Assembly (NCBI GenBank): GCA_965199495.1 | Contig: CBDASK010000003.1 | Location: 2,080,001 to 2,144,000 of the forward strand | Direction of reading: 5' to 3' | Length of the DNA: 64,000 bases | DNA from: Abditibacterium sp. | Lineage (GTDB): Bacteria > Armatimonadota > Abditibacteriia > Abditibacteriales > Abditibacteriaceae | Shown: in pieces, positions 9,147-19,642 of the stretch | How the letters are laid out: each line of letters begins with the position of its first letter | How positions within the stretch are numbered: the first letter of the stretch is position 1 | Notes under the pieces: model-generated | The model's input: the letters and a program-made list of their open reading frames with translations, nothing else | What the model was told of the DNA's origin: nothing | The model's database searches: none | Program-made: the position numbers and the translations under genes

Positions 9147-9995
9147 ATGTTCCCATTGCCGTTCGTTGATTTTCCCGGCCCAATCTTGGCCGCGATTCTC
9201 TTTCTCTCGCTGCTTTACCTGCAAGCGCGCCGACCTTTGCGCGTTCAGCGATTTGGCGCGTGGACGCGCATTTTTCGCAACTTGGTTCTGGCTGCGCCCG
9301 CGCTGGTTTTACTACGTTTGATTCTCATTCCAATTCCTTATTTCGTCGCGATTTGGGCGCAGCATCACGGCGTGGGCATTTTGAACTGGTTGCATCTGCC
9401 GTTCTGGATAGCAGCCACGGTGGGCGCGTTGGGGTTCGATTACGCTTATTATTGGTGGCACGTCGGCACCCATCGCATTCCTTTGTTGTGGCGTTTTCAC
9501 AACGTGCATCACACCGATTTGGATATGGACGTTTCGACGGCGGCGCGCTTTCACTTTCTCGAAACCGCGATTTCCGTGGTTTATCGCGTCGCCGTCGTTT
9601 TGTTGATTGGCATCGCGCCGCTCGTTTATTTGTTCTACGAAATGGTTTTTGAACTCGCGACGCAATTTCATCATTCCAACTGGCGTTTGCCGCGCCGCGT
9701 CGAAGCGATTCTCAATCTGTTCATCGTCACGCCGCGCATGCACGGCATTCATCATTCAATTGTAAAAGGCGAAACCGATTCCAATTGGAGCACGGTTTTT
9801 TGTTGGTGGGACAGATTACATGGCTCGCATCGCATGGACATCGCGCAGGACGAAATAATTATCGGCGTTCCGGCTTATCGCGACGAACGCGAATTAACGC
9901 TGGGCGATTTATGGCGGATGCCATTTCGTCCGATTCGCGATTGGCGCTTGCCCGATGGCGAAGTGCCGACGCGCGAAAAATCCGCGCGAAATTAA
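9147..9995 (+). CDS. Sterol desaturase / fatty acid hydroxylase family protein
   Basis: His boxes YWWHVGTH, FHNVHH, FHHSN, HGIHH, plus TM helices. Confidence 0.92.
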   Translation: MFPLPFVDFPGPILAAILFLSLLYLQARRPLRVQRFGAWTRIFRNLVLAAPALVLLRLILIPIPYFVAIWAQHHGVGILNWLHLPFWIAATVGALGFDYAYYWWHVGTHRIPLLWRFHNVHHTDLDMDVSTAARFHFLETAISVVYRVAVVLLIGIAPLVYLFYEMVFELATQFHHSNWRLPRRVEAILNLFIVTPRMHGIHHSIVKGETDSNWSTVFCWWDRLHGSHRMDIAQDEIIIGVPAYRDERELTLGDLWRMPFRPIRDWRLPDGEVPTREKSARN

Positions 9996-10043
9996 TTTCG
10001 CGCGGACTCAAAAGTTGACTTCACTTATTTGATGTTGACGCCT

Positions 10044-10442
10044 TTATCGTTTATCGTTGGCGCCCATACGGGGTTTGCCATCCAAACGCTCGACGGTGGG
10101 ACGATCATAATCGTCGGCGCTATCGCTGGCTTTGGCGCGCAGCAAACGCACGTTGGCGTCGTAAATCACTTTGCCCAATGGATGCCCATAAACGCGGACT
10201 TGGTCGCCGCCGTGAATCTCTTTCATGTTGACTTTGGCGTGAAACTTCACCCGATAAATGCCCGCTCTGGTGCGCAGTTGGAAATCGGTGGCGCTCGGCG
10301 CGCCCGCGACGATGCCAGTGGCCGCCACCGATTTCGATTTGGGATTGGATTTGGGTTGGGCCTGCACGAGCGTGGGCGCCATCGCGAAAGTGCCCAGCAC
10401 GAGGGCGGTGGCTGTCAGGGGAAACGTGAAACGTGGAAACAT
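10044..10442 (-). CDS. Small secreted hypothetical protein
   Basis: Signal peptide ending in 'VQA', followed by a short beta-rich domain. Confidence 0.6.
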   Translation of the reverse strand: MFPRFTFPLTATALVLGTFAMAPTLVQAQPKSNPKSKSVAATGIVAGAPSATDFQLRTRAGIYRVKFHAKVNMKEIHGGDQVRVYGHPLGKVIYDANVRLLRAKASDSADDYDRPTVERLDGKPRMGANDKR

Positions 10443-10488
10443 AGTGAAATTTGTTTTGGCAAAACTCATTCCAAATGCCCATCGGAAA

Positions 10489-12417
10489 TTATTTTGCGCG
10501 CGGCATCAGAAACGGAACGCCCGCGTCTGCAAAGGCGCGCGTGACAATGCGTGTGCCCGCCACGTTTTGCGTGCGTCGCAGCGCGCTCAGACGAAACGGC
10601 GATGGAACTTCGCCCAACGGAATACGCATTTCGATATTGGCAAACCCGGCGAACGTTTTGATTTTCGCCTCAAAATCCGACATTTGGGCCTCGAATCGCC
10701 CATCACGCGTCCATTTTTCGACGACAGTTTTGCCCTGAAGCGTCGCCACAAAGCGCCATTTTTCTGGCGTCTTGCCCACGTCAACCGGCGCGATTTCCGC
10801 CGCGACCCAATCGCCGTTTTGCGGCGATTGAACGCGAAACGCCAAAGTTAAAAATTTGTCGTCGCGTCGCGCCCACATTTTGGTCGCGGGCCACTCGCTT
10901 TCGATTGTTCCATCGCGCGTAAAATGAATAAATTTATCGGCGGCCCATTCGGTTAAATTGCCGTCCAACTCAACGGGCGCGCCGCGCGAAATTGAAAAAT
11001 CGGGCAACGCCGCTTTATCGCGCGGGAAAATCGGCAGTGCGCTCGCGCGTTTCAGTTCGTAATCTTCGATGGCATCGCGCAAAAGCATCAGACGAATCGA
11101 AGGCAATGGCCCGACGTGTCCGACAATTTCGCCGGGATAAAGCAAGGTGCCATCGCCGTTGGTCTCGCCAAACGATGGCAAAGTGTCCAGCGGTTTTGGC
11201 CCCCAGCCGTGCGCCATTGAATAGACGAAACTGCTAAATCCATATTTGCGCCAGAACGCGCCGTATGCGCGCACGCTTTGGCCGTCGTCGTCGAGCAGCC
11301 ACGTCGGGTAAGGGAACTTTGGCTCGAACATCGTGTAAAGCCAAGTTTCGTGGCCCGCAACGCGTTCTCGTTTGAGCGCGTCGAAATCCAAACCGCCGAT
11401 ACCAAAAAAATCGCCGATGTTGGGCGCCCAAATATCCACGCTATCTTTGAGCGATTGATTGGGATGCGCCGTCACCAAATGTTTAATACCCAACGCGCGT
11501 AGTCTCGCCGTGGCGGCACGCGCGGCGGCGTAGCGCGGTTCGTCAGTCGGTTCGTCTATCCAATAATAAATCGCTTTAGGCAGCGTTTTAGTCGCGCGCA
11601 ACTTTTCCAGCGCGATGTCGAATTCGGGCGTGTCCAGTGGCGGCACGCGCACGCTCAGGACGCGCGTATCCAACAGATATTTCTCGGCGAGCGGCGAACT
11701 CCAACTCACGGGCAAATCGTAGGCGTTGAGGCGATAATCGAGCAGAAATTCGTAATATTTGCGCTTCTGGATTTCCCATTCTTCGTCGGTAAAACTCTGG
11801 CCCAGATTTTTGCGATACCAATCGCGCAAAACGTCGTAATAAACCGCGACAGTCGCGCGAAACGTCGGCGCTGGCAAAGTCTGATCGTCCACGCGTAACG
11901 TCAGCGCCAGACGCCGGTTTTCGCCGTCGGCATTTACGTCTAATTCGCCGAAATAATCGCCCGCGACGGCATCTTGGGGCACGCGAATCGTCGCCCAGAA
12001 AACCGCGCTTTGCCCGGCTTCGATGCGCGCGGTTTTATCCAACGGCAACAACGCGTCGGGCCAATAGAGCGGGCGCAGTTCGCGGTTGCCGCTCGGTTTG
12101 GCGACGTAAACATAGTTTTCGCGCCAAATTTCCAACTGCTTCGATTCAATGAACTCGGCGCCGATTGTCGCCAAGCCGTTGGGCGTGATTTGCAAATTTT
12201 CGATGGGTTTTGCGCCCGCCGTCACCACAAATTGAAAGCTCTCCCACTCGCCGCGCGCCGCGCGCATGACGACGGGGTCGGCCCCAAACGGCAGCAAAAC
12301 GCCCGGTTTGGATGCGACCAATTTGCGCGTTGACGCAACCGGCGTTAGCGACCATTTCGCGGGCGCGGCGAGAACGGGCATGGCGAGCAAAAGCACAATG
12401 GCGAAAAGGCGGAGCAT
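10489..12417 (-). CDS. Secreted glycoside-hydrolase-like protein (DUF4091/GH123-like) with a C-terminal CBM9-like domain
   Basis: Motifs 'AARGEWESFQ', 'WPDAL', 'WIDEP', 'NGDGTLLYPG...PSIRLMLLRDAIEDYE'; C-terminal 'LDGNLTEW'. Confidence 0.75.
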   Translation of the reverse strand: MLRLFAIVLLLAMPVLAAPAKWSLTPVASTRKLVASKPGVLLPFGADPVVMRAARGEWESFQFVVTAGAKPIENLQITPNGLATIGAEFIESKQLEIWRENYVYVAKPSGNRELRPLYWPDALLPLDKTARIEAGQSAVFWATIRVPQDAVAGDYFGELDVNADGENRRLALTLRVDDQTLPAPTFRATVAVYYDVLRDWYRKNLGQSFTDEEWEIQKRKYYEFLLDYRLNAYDLPVSWSSPLAEKYLLDTRVLSVRVPPLDTPEFDIALEKLRATKTLPKAIYYWIDEPTDEPRYAAARAATARLRALGIKHLVTAHPNQSLKDSVDIWAPNIGDFFGIGGLDFDALKRERVAGHETWLYTMFEPKFPYPTWLLDDDGQSVRAYGAFWRKYGFSSFVYSMAHGWGPKPLDTLPSFGETNGDGTLLYPGEIVGHVGPLPSIRLMLLRDAIEDYELKRASALPIFPRDKAALPDFSISRGAPVELDGNLTEWAADKFIHFTRDGTIESEWPATKMWARRDDKFLTLAFRVQSPQNGDWVAAEIAPVDVGKTPEKWRFVATLQGKTVVEKWTRDGRFEAQMSDFEAKIKTFAGFANIEMRIPLGEVPSPFRLSALRRTQNVAGTRIVTRAFADAGVPFLMPRAK

Positions 12418-12430
12418 GAATAGACAAAAT

Positions 12431-13126
12431 TTACTGCGCCGACTGCGCCATTAAATCGCGGGCGGCGGCGTTGGTTTTCGCTTCGGTTTCCACGTCGCTG
12501 AACTCGCCGTGGCCGCATAAAATTTGGGTTTGTGGCGCCATCTTCATGACGCGCGCGAGCGAGTTGGCCAAGTGCGCCGCGTTGGCGCCGGGCAGGTCAA
12601 CGCGTCCGTAAGATTGGCGAAAAATCACGTCGCCGCTGACGAGATGGCCGTCGAACTCAAACGCGACCGAACCGGGCGAATGGCCGGGCAGTTCGATGAC
12701 TTGAACTGCCAAATCGCCGATTTTCAAGGTTTGGCCTTCATGCAAGGGTTCGTCGGGCTGCACGACTTCGGGCTGCGCTAAGCCAAAAAACAACGATTGC
12801 TCGCGCAGATGCTCCAAGAAAAAATGGTCGGCGGGATGGCAATAAATCGGCGCGCCAAATTCGGCTTTCCAGACGGCGTTGTCGTAAACGTGATCGATGT
12901 GGCCGTGCGTGTTCCAAATCGCGACGAGTCGGACGCCCTCGTTTTGCAAGGCGCGCATTTTTTCCAGCAGTTCATCGGCGCCAATCGAAGGGTCTATGAT
13001 GACGGCCTCACGGCCCTGCCACAGCAAAAACGAGTTGGTTTGCATTGGCCCACAGTTTTGCGTGGCCAAATGCCAATCGGGACGGGAGTCGGGAACAGAA
13101 TCGGGACGAGGAGAATCGGAATGCAC
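12431..13126 (-). CDS. MBL-fold metallo-hydrolase (glyoxalase II-like)
   Basis: Motifs THGHIDH, PGHSPG, SGD, GRVDLPG, GHG. Confidence 0.93.
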   Translation of the reverse strand: MHSDSPRPDSVPDSRPDWHLATQNCGPMQTNSFLLWQGREAVIIDPSIGADELLEKMRALQNEGVRLVAIWNTHGHIDHVYDNAVWKAEFGAPIYCHPADHFFLEHLREQSLFFGLAQPEVVQPDEPLHEGQTLKIGDLAVQVIELPGHSPGSVAFEFDGHLVSGDVIFRQSYGRVDLPGANAAHLANSLARVMKMAPQTQILCGHGEFSDVETEAKTNAAARDLMAQSAQ

Positions 13127-13314
13127 CGATAGAGTTTAAAATAACGCGCGCTTTGATTGGCCAAACGCGACTTTGTGTTTAGAAAATCGCTCAAATGGGT
13201 AAAATTGAAGCTGCGATGTGGCACACTTGCGTGTCTCGCGCGTCCAAAAGATAAGTATTCGATTTCTCAAAAGTTTCCGACAACCGGAATAACCGGGAAA
13301 TTTCAGGTTCCGCT

Positions 13315-15258
13315 ATGCGCATTTCTCCCAAATCTCCTTCTCCTGCCGAGGCTCTCGCCGATGACGCGCGCCTCGAAGCGTTGGCCGCCGAAGCCGCCGA
13401 GGAACAGGCGCCCAAAACTTCGCCCGGCGAAATTGATGCTCGTCGCGCGCAGCAACTTTTGGAGCGCTCCGCCTCGCTCGCCGGGCGCGGCGATATGAGC
13501 GCGGCCCTTTTGGCGACGCGTCAGGCGTTGGCGCTGGCGCCCACCAATATCGAGGGCCATCTTTTGTTGGCTCGCTTGCTCGAACGCGGGCGCGACTTCG
13601 GCGGCGCGCGCGCCGCCTACGAAAAAATCGTCCAACTCGCGCCTGAACGCACCACCGCGCGCGAAAATCTCCTGCGCCTCAGCACGTATTTGGAGCAATC
13701 GCAGGACGCGGCGGGCCAATTCCATTTCAACTCCGACGAACTTTTCAGTTCCGAAGCCAAATCGGACGCGGCGCCCGCAGCAGCCACGTCGGCTGAGTCT
13801 TTGGCACAGGCTTCGGTTGCCGACGCGGCTTTAGATGACGATCCGATGGAAATGCTCGATCAATCCATGTTGCCGGTTGTCGAAGCGCGTCTGCCGCCCA
13901 CGCGATTGGAAACGCCGAGCGAAAAACCCATCGAGACGCCGGTAATTGCTGGTGCCACCGCGCCCGCCGCACCTTTTGAGGAACGGCGCAAAAATAATAT
14001 TCCGGTCGCAACCGAGCGACGCCGCGCGCCCTCGCTCGTCGCGGCACCCCTTGTTCCAACGCCGATTCAGGCGCCAACTCCGGTTGCGTCGGCGCCCTTG
14101 GTTGCCAAACCATTGTCGGCGCGCGCTTCCGATAACATTTTCGATTTGGACGCGGGCCTCAACGCGGGCGCGCCGCCCCGGACGCCGCGCGCGGCGTTAG
14201 ACCTCGATATGCCCGGCGCCACCAACGTGCCGTTGTGGCAACAGGTCGCGGCGCGTCCGTCGTTTTTCGCGCGCACCCTACCTGTTGTCGCGGTCGCGTT
14301 GCTCAGCCTTGGGTTCTTGAGTTGGGCGCGCGGACGCGCCGTCTCGAAAATCGTGGCGCCCGACCCAACTGCGTTAGCACAGGCCGCTGCGCCCACGACG
14401 CAAGAGGTTTCGACTTCGACGGGAACCACCAATTCCGGCGCCGTCGCGCCCGCGAATAACGCCGCCAACGGCAACGCGCCCACGACGGATGCGGCGGGTT
14501 TCCCGATTTCCAATGTGCCCGCGACCTTCACTGCGCCGCCCGCGCCCAACTCGTCGGGCGGCGCGCCCAATCCAGCCACGGGCGGCAATAACGCGCCTTC
14601 GACCACGGCGCGCGCCAGCAATCGCGCCAATAACAATGGCAACGGGCGCGCGCCGCGCCGGAATTTCCCGTCGCCGCGTCCGGTGCCGAGTTTCCCCAGC
14701 GTTTCGCTGGCGCCCGCGCCGATTCCTCCGGCCAGCGTGCGCAATCAACTGCCGAGCGCGGGCGGACAAAACGGCGGCGGCAACATCATTTTGCCCAGCC
14801 CGTCCATCGAAATGCCGAGCGCGCCCGTGCAACGTCAGCGCGTGTTGCCACCGACCGATAACGGCTTGAACCCGGCGGGTGCGCCGGGGCGTGGCTACGT
14901 TCGCGTCACCGAAGGTCGCGTCGGCAGCGGCGTAATGCCTTCGCAACCGAGCAACGTCGCGCGCGAGAACGAGAATAACGCCAATGCTGCGGCGCGCAAC
15001 GGCCAGACCGATCAGGCGATTTCGCAGATGTCGCAGGCGATTCGCGCCGATAGCGACAACGCCGGTTTTCGCTATCAGCAACGCGCGATGCTGTTTTTGC
15101 AACGCGGCGATTACAACCGCGCCAGCGACGATTTTCAATCCGCGATTTCGGCCTACCAGAGCCAAATTAGCAACGGCGACAACGTCGCTCAAGCCAAAAG
15201 TGGTTTGAATTCGGCGCGTAGCGGTTTAACGCTGGCGCTGGCGGGCAAACGCGGCTAA
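13315..15258 (+). CDS. TPR protein with a central TM helix and Pro/Ala/Asn-rich linkers
   Basis: TPR-like repeats at both termini; TM segment 'LPVVAVALLSLGFLSW'. Confidence 0.8.
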   Translation: MRISPKSPSPAEALADDARLEALAAEAAEEQAPKTSPGEIDARRAQQLLERSASLAGRGDMSAALLATRQALALAPTNIEGHLLLARLLERGRDFGGARAAYEKIVQLAPERTTARENLLRLSTYLEQSQDAAGQFHFNSDELFSSEAKSDAAPAAATSAESLAQASVADAALDDDPMEMLDQSMLPVVEARLPPTRLETPSEKPIETPVIAGATAPAAPFEERRKNNIPVATERRRAPSLVAAPLVPTPIQAPTPVASAPLVAKPLSARASDNIFDLDAGLNAGAPPRTPRAALDLDMPGATNVPLWQQVAARPSFFARTLPVVAVALLSLGFLSWARGRAVSKIVAPDPTALAQAAAPTTQEVSTSTGTTNSGAVAPANNAANGNAPTTDAAGFPISNVPATFTAPPAPNSSGGAPNPATGGNNAPSTTARASNRANNNGNGRAPRRNFPSPRPVPSFPSVSLAPAPIPPASVRNQLPSAGGQNGGGNIILPSPSIEMPSAPVQRQRVLPPTDNGLNPAGAPGRGYVRVTEGRVGSGVMPSQPSNVARENENNANAAARNGQTDQAISQMSQAIRADSDNAGFRYQQRAMLFLQRGDYNRASDDFQSAISAYQSQISNGDNVAQAKSGLNSARSGLTLALAGKRG

Positions 15259-15581
15259 ACGATGTGGCAAATGTGCGCGACAGAATGACAGAACAGCGAA
15301 CTTTAGAACGGGCACGCCGCGTTAAATAAGCCACGTCGCTTCCGCTCCGCGTTCTGTTTCAGCGTTCATTCGAGAGCTGTTTATCGTGCTTTCGCCGCGA
15401 ACCGATTTGGATTATCGCGAAATTGTGCGCCGGGTGCGCTAAACTTTTGGGAGCTGGCTCTGTCAAACCCCATGATCTAATCAGAGTTGCGCGCCAAACG
15501 GAATTTTTTTGACAAATTTCGTTCAAAAGACAGCGCGCATTTTGTCGCGTCGTTGGGGCGCACAACCTTCCGTTTCCGATA

Positions 15582-17789
15582 ATGAAAATTTCTCCCATTT
15601 CGCCGAACTCTACGCGCGCCAATCCGATTAAACAGCTCGGCGGTTTTGCGCTCGGCCTGACATTGGGTTGCGCTGCGCTCGCCGGAGCGCAAAACGCGCC
15701 GATTAGCGTCGCTCCCGTTGCCAATGTCCCGGCGCCGGTGGCTGCTAACGCCGCCGCGCCCGTTTCGTCCAATATCAGCGTTTTGATCGTGGCGCTCGAT
15801 GATTTGGGCGCGCCGGGCGCGGGTATGGTGCCGCTGATTTCGCCGCCCATTGTGCCTGCGACGGCGCCGCCCGTCATCGCGCCCGCCGATGGGATGCCGC
15901 CGCTCGTGACGCCGACCGGATTTGACAAAAGACCGCTGTGGCAATGGCGCGTTTCCGCGCAGAAGAAAACCAAAGCAGAAAAAAAACGCGAGAAAGAAGC
16001 GGAAGACGCCCGACTTTTTAATCCCAATCCCGTCCCGATTACGCCCTACACGCCGCCCGGCAGAACTCCCAACCCGCTAACCGATAACCGCCCGGCGTTC
16101 GCCGCCGCGCCGCCCGACGGCAGTCTGGCGCCCATTGTGCGCGCGCCCGGCGCCGGGATTTTCGTTGATCCGTCGGCGTCTAACACCGCGCCCGACACTT
16201 CGGCGCCGGGGCGTTCGCAGTTGATGGCGGTGCCGCTCCGCCGCATTTTGGTTTCGCAGGGTTACAAAGATGTGCAGGTCGTCACGCCCGCCAGCAACGC
16301 CATCGTGCGCGCGATTGGCGAGGCGCGATTGTCGCCGCGCGTGTTGGACGAACTCAAGCGCTCGCTGGCGACTTTGGCCGCCAACAACGCTGCTGGCGAA
16401 CCCGCCGACGTGAGCGCGACCATCGCGGCGGGACGCGCGGCGTCGCGCATCGGTCAGGCGACCGGTTATCGCGCGGTCGTCGGTTTTTACGTCGCCGATC
16501 CAACGATGATTAACTTGGTCGGCGCTACAGCCACGCCCGATGCCAAGACGCAAAAAATCGCCGTCAACATGGTCGTGGCCGATGCGCAACGCGAAAGCGT
16601 CGAGCCATTGCAGTTCATTGAAACCGGCGATACCGAAGAAATTTGGCGCGAAACCGGCGCCGGTGCGGGCGCCAAAATGCTCGACGAAACCCTGAAAGAT
16701 TGGCCCGCTAATTCGTCGGCCAACCGCGACAAATTGGCGCAGGTTCACTTCGACGCCGCGCGCGCCGCCTACGAAGACAGCGATTTGCCCCGCGCGCAGG
16801 ACGAATTGAATCAATCGCTTTCGCTCGACCCGACTCGTCCCGACGCGTTTTTGCTGCGCGGCGATATTCTCAACGCCCTTGATCCGGGCGACGGTTTGGC
16901 GGCTTACCAAAAGGCAATCGAACTCAACTCAACCAACGGGCAAGATTGGGCGCGCATCGCCGTCGCATATGCGAATGCCAACGCCAACACCAACACGCCC
17001 GATTGGGGCCCCGCGTGGGAGGCAGGCAAAAAAGCTCTCTCGCTCAACTACGATTCGGCGGCGTTGCGCGTGACACTCGCCACCATTCAATATGGGCGCG
17101 CCGAATTGTTTCGCAAAGCCCAATATCCCAATCAGGCCGAAGAAGCCGAAGCCGACGCGCGCACAAATTTGGATCGCGCTCTGCAACTGGCGCCTGACGA
17201 TCCCACAGCGGTGCGTCTGTTGTCGCGAAATTTGATCGCCACGCGCCGCTACGAAGAGGCCGCGCGCACGCTCGACCGCATCGCGCCCAATTATCCCAAA
17301 GATTTGGAAATTCAGAGCCAATATGCCCTCGCTCTGGGCAGCCAAACCGGGCGCGAAGAAGATGCGTTTGCCGCCTACGCCCGCGTGTGGAAATTGAGCG
17401 GACAAACTAAAGTCACCGTGGATGCCGCGCTTTATCGCACGCTGGCCAGCGGTTTTGACCAGCGCTTATTCAACTTGGGCAGACTCGCGATTCAATTGGC
17501 GCGCGGCGTCGAAGCGCGCGCCGTTTTGCGCGAATCCGCGCTGATTCAACTGACCAAACTCAAAGAAGAGATGGACACGGCCAAAGACGCCATCAGCATT
17601 ATGCAGCCCACGGCGGCTATCGCCATTACGACGACCAATTCGCGCGTATTCGCCGCCAACCTGATGGATCAATCGCTCGAATCGCTGCAAACCTATCTCG
17701 ATACCGGCCAGGCCGATTACTTCCAAACCGGCGATGGTCTCTATCGCCAGGCCGTGGCTCAACTGAATACAGCGCGCGGCGGACAGTAA
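15582..17789 (+). CDS. Secreted TPR-repeat protein
   Basis: Signal peptide, Pro-rich N-terminal region, several TPR-like helical pairs (e.g. 'ALQLAPDDPTA'). Confidence 0.8.
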   Translation: MKISPISPNSTRANPIKQLGGFALGLTLGCAALAGAQNAPISVAPVANVPAPVAANAAAPVSSNISVLIVALDDLGAPGAGMVPLISPPIVPATAPPVIAPADGMPPLVTPTGFDKRPLWQWRVSAQKKTKAEKKREKEAEDARLFNPNPVPITPYTPPGRTPNPLTDNRPAFAAAPPDGSLAPIVRAPGAGIFVDPSASNTAPDTSAPGRSQLMAVPLRRILVSQGYKDVQVVTPASNAIVRAIGEARLSPRVLDELKRSLATLAANNAAGEPADVSATIAAGRAASRIGQATGYRAVVGFYVADPTMINLVGATATPDAKTQKIAVNMVVADAQRESVEPLQFIETGDTEEIWRETGAGAGAKMLDETLKDWPANSSANRDKLAQVHFDAARAAYEDSDLPRAQDELNQSLSLDPTRPDAFLLRGDILNALDPGDGLAAYQKAIELNSTNGQDWARIAVAYANANANTNTPDWGPAWEAGKKALSLNYDSAALRVTLATIQYGRAELFRKAQYPNQAEEAEADARTNLDRALQLAPDDPTAVRLLSRNLIATRRYEEAARTLDRIAPNYPKDLEIQSQYALALGSQTGREEDAFAAYARVWKLSGQTKVTVDAALYRTLASGFDQRLFNLGRLAIQLARGVEARAVLRESALIQLTKLKEEMDTAKDAISIMQPTAAIAITTTNSRVFAANLMDQSLESLQTYLDTGQADYFQTGDGLYRQAVAQLNTARGGQ

Positions 17790-17838
17790 AGAGAATTTCG
17801 CTTGAGTCGTTAAGCGTTTCAATTCTCCGTTTTCCCCG

Positions 17839-19011
17839 ATGCTCACTCGCGAACTTGATTTCGATTTGCCGCCCGAACGGATCGCGCAAACGCCGCTCGA
17901 ACCGCGCGACGCGGCGCGTCTGCTTTGTCTCAACTGCGCCGATGAGGTTTTGACGCATCACATCGTGCGCGATTTACCCGATTTATTGCGCGCGGGCGAT
18001 TTATTGGTTTTGAACGACACCCGCGTTTTGCGCGCGCGCTTGCAGGGCCAAAAGCCCAGCGGCGGGCGCGTCGAAGCGCTGTTGCTGAAAGAAGAACGCG
18101 CCAGCGAACACGGATTGGATGTCTGGGAAGCGCTACTCAAACCTTCGGCGCGTTTGCAAATCGGTGGCGTTGTCTGGTTTCGCGGCGAAGCAAACGGCGA
18201 ACCCATCGCCGTGCGCGCCGAATTATTGGAGCGGCGCGACGCGGCGTGGCTGCTACAATTCTCGTCGAACAATGGACAACCCCTGCGCGAACTTTTGCCA
18301 ATTTTGGGCGAAGTTCCGCTGCCGCCTTATATTCACGAAAAGGCCGACGAGGCGCGTTATCAAACGACGTTCGCGCGTGCAAAGCCGGACGCAGATTCGG
18401 ACGCAAATCCGCTCGATTCGGCGGCGGCGCCGACGGCGGGGCTGCATTTCACGCCCGAACTGTTTGAGCGTTTGGAACAGCGCGGCATCGAGCGCGTCTT
18501 CGTAACGCTGGCGGTCGGCGCGGGCACCTTTCGTCCGGTGAAAGTCGAAAACTTGGATCAGCACGACATGCACGCCGAAGAGTTTTGGATTTCGCCTGAA
18601 ACCGCCGCGCGTATCAACGCTCACAAAAAAGCGGGCGGGCGCGTCGTGGCTGTTGGCACGACGACGGTGCGCGCGCTCGAAAGCGCGGCGCGAATCAACG
18701 GAAATGGCGCGGTCGTGGCGGGTGCGGGCGAGACGCGTTTGTTTCTGCAACCCGGCGCGCCGTTTTACGTGGTAGACGCGCTGATGACGAATTTTCACCT
18801 GCCGCGCTCGACGTTGTTGGCCCTCGTTGCGGCTTTTGTGGAGAGCCGGTTAGAACGCGCGAAAAACGCGGAAAACTCAAATGGCGAAAACAGTTCTACT
18901 AAGTCAATCGTTGGCGGCGATGGCCTCGCGATAACGCAAAGCGCGTATCGCGAGGCAATTGCCAACAACTACCGATTCTTCTCGTTTGGCGACGCTATGC
19001 TAATCGAGTAA
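17839..19011 (+). CDS. queA: S-adenosylmethionine:tRNA ribosyltransferase-isomerase
   Basis: Motifs DFDLPPERIAQTP, NDTRV, PLPPYI, AAPTAGLHFT, TNFHLPRST, YRFFSFGDAM. Confidence 0.97.
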   Translation: MLTRELDFDLPPERIAQTPLEPRDAARLLCLNCADEVLTHHIVRDLPDLLRAGDLLVLNDTRVLRARLQGQKPSGGRVEALLLKEERASEHGLDVWEALLKPSARLQIGGVVWFRGEANGEPIAVRAELLERRDAAWLLQFSSNNGQPLRELLPILGEVPLPPYIHEKADEARYQTTFARAKPDADSDANPLDSAAAPTAGLHFTPELFERLEQRGIERVFVTLAVGAGTFRPVKVENLDQHDMHAEEFWISPETAARINAHKKAGGRVVAVGTTTVRALESAARINGNGAVVAGAGETRLFLQPGAPFYVVDALMTNFHLPRSTLLALVAAFVESRLERAKNAENSNGENSSTKSIVGGDGLAITQSAYREAIANNYRFFSFGDAMLIE

Positions 19012-19059
19012 CGCCCGAACTCACTGGCCGTAACGCGAGCGTTTGGGTTTTCCGAAGCA

Positions 19060-19515
19060 ATGAAGCTCTCATCGACCGCTGGAATTTTATCCTCATCGCC
19101 TCTGACCGCGCCACCAAAAATGGCGGCCAGCGCGGCGGATTCGCGTGCCAATGTGCCGCGCACCGCATCGCCCGCCGAGCCGCAGAAAAAGCCGGCGGAT
19201 GCCGCCAAAACTCGCGAAGTCGTTATCGAACGAAAACCCAAAAAAGCGGGCGACGACCAAAAAGATGACGGCGAAAAGAAACCCAAAAAGCGCGTGCGCC
19301 TCAAGCCCGAAACGCCCGAAAAACTGATCGAACGCCTGCGCAACCCGCAGCTTTCGCTGCACGAAGCCTCGATTTTATTGCGCGTCAGCCGCGCGACGGT
19401 GCGCCGTTACGCCGATTCGGGCCGTTTGGTTTGCCAGCGCACGCCCGGCGGCCAACGCCGCTTTTTCCTGCGCGACATCGAAAATTTTTATCGCCAGTTG
19501 AAATTAAAAAGGTAA
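19060..19515 (+). CDS. MerR/Xis-superfamily (BldC-like) helix-turn-helix protein; start uncertain
   Basis: C-terminal 'LSLHEASILLRVSRATVRRYADSGRLVCQRTPGGQRRF'; Lys-rich, probably disordered N-terminus. Confidence 0.8.
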   Translation: MKLSSTAGILSSSPLTAPPKMAASAADSRANVPRTASPAEPQKKPADAAKTREVVIERKPKKAGDDQKDDGEKKPKKRVRLKPETPEKLIERLRNPQLSLHEASILLRVSRATVRRYADSGRLVCQRTPGGQRRFFLRDIENFYRQLKLKR

Positions 19516-19630
19516 ATTTCGGATTTCAGATTTCGGATGCCAGAAATCGGATAAGTTTGAGGAGAGTTAAACTCTAAAGTTCACTCTCAAACCTATCCGA
19601 TTTCCGACATCTTGCTATCCGATATCCGAT
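19516..19630. repeat. Inverted pair of 7-bp tandem-repeat arrays (ATTTCGG/ATTTCAG type)
   Basis: ATTTCGG ATTTCAG ATTTCGG ATGCCAG AAATCGG ... TATCCGA TTTCCGA ... ATATCCG. Confidence 0.75.
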
Positions 19631-19642
19631 AAATTTTAAATT

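Noticed and set aside
15281..15372. Weak GAATGA/CAGAAC ... GTTCTG/TCATTC inverted similarity between the TPR genes
   Set aside because: Too degenerate to call confidently as another repeat element.
19060..19515. Xis-like HTH as evidence of a prophage or ICE
   Set aside because: No integrase, tRNA/att site or phage gene nearby; composition is host-like.
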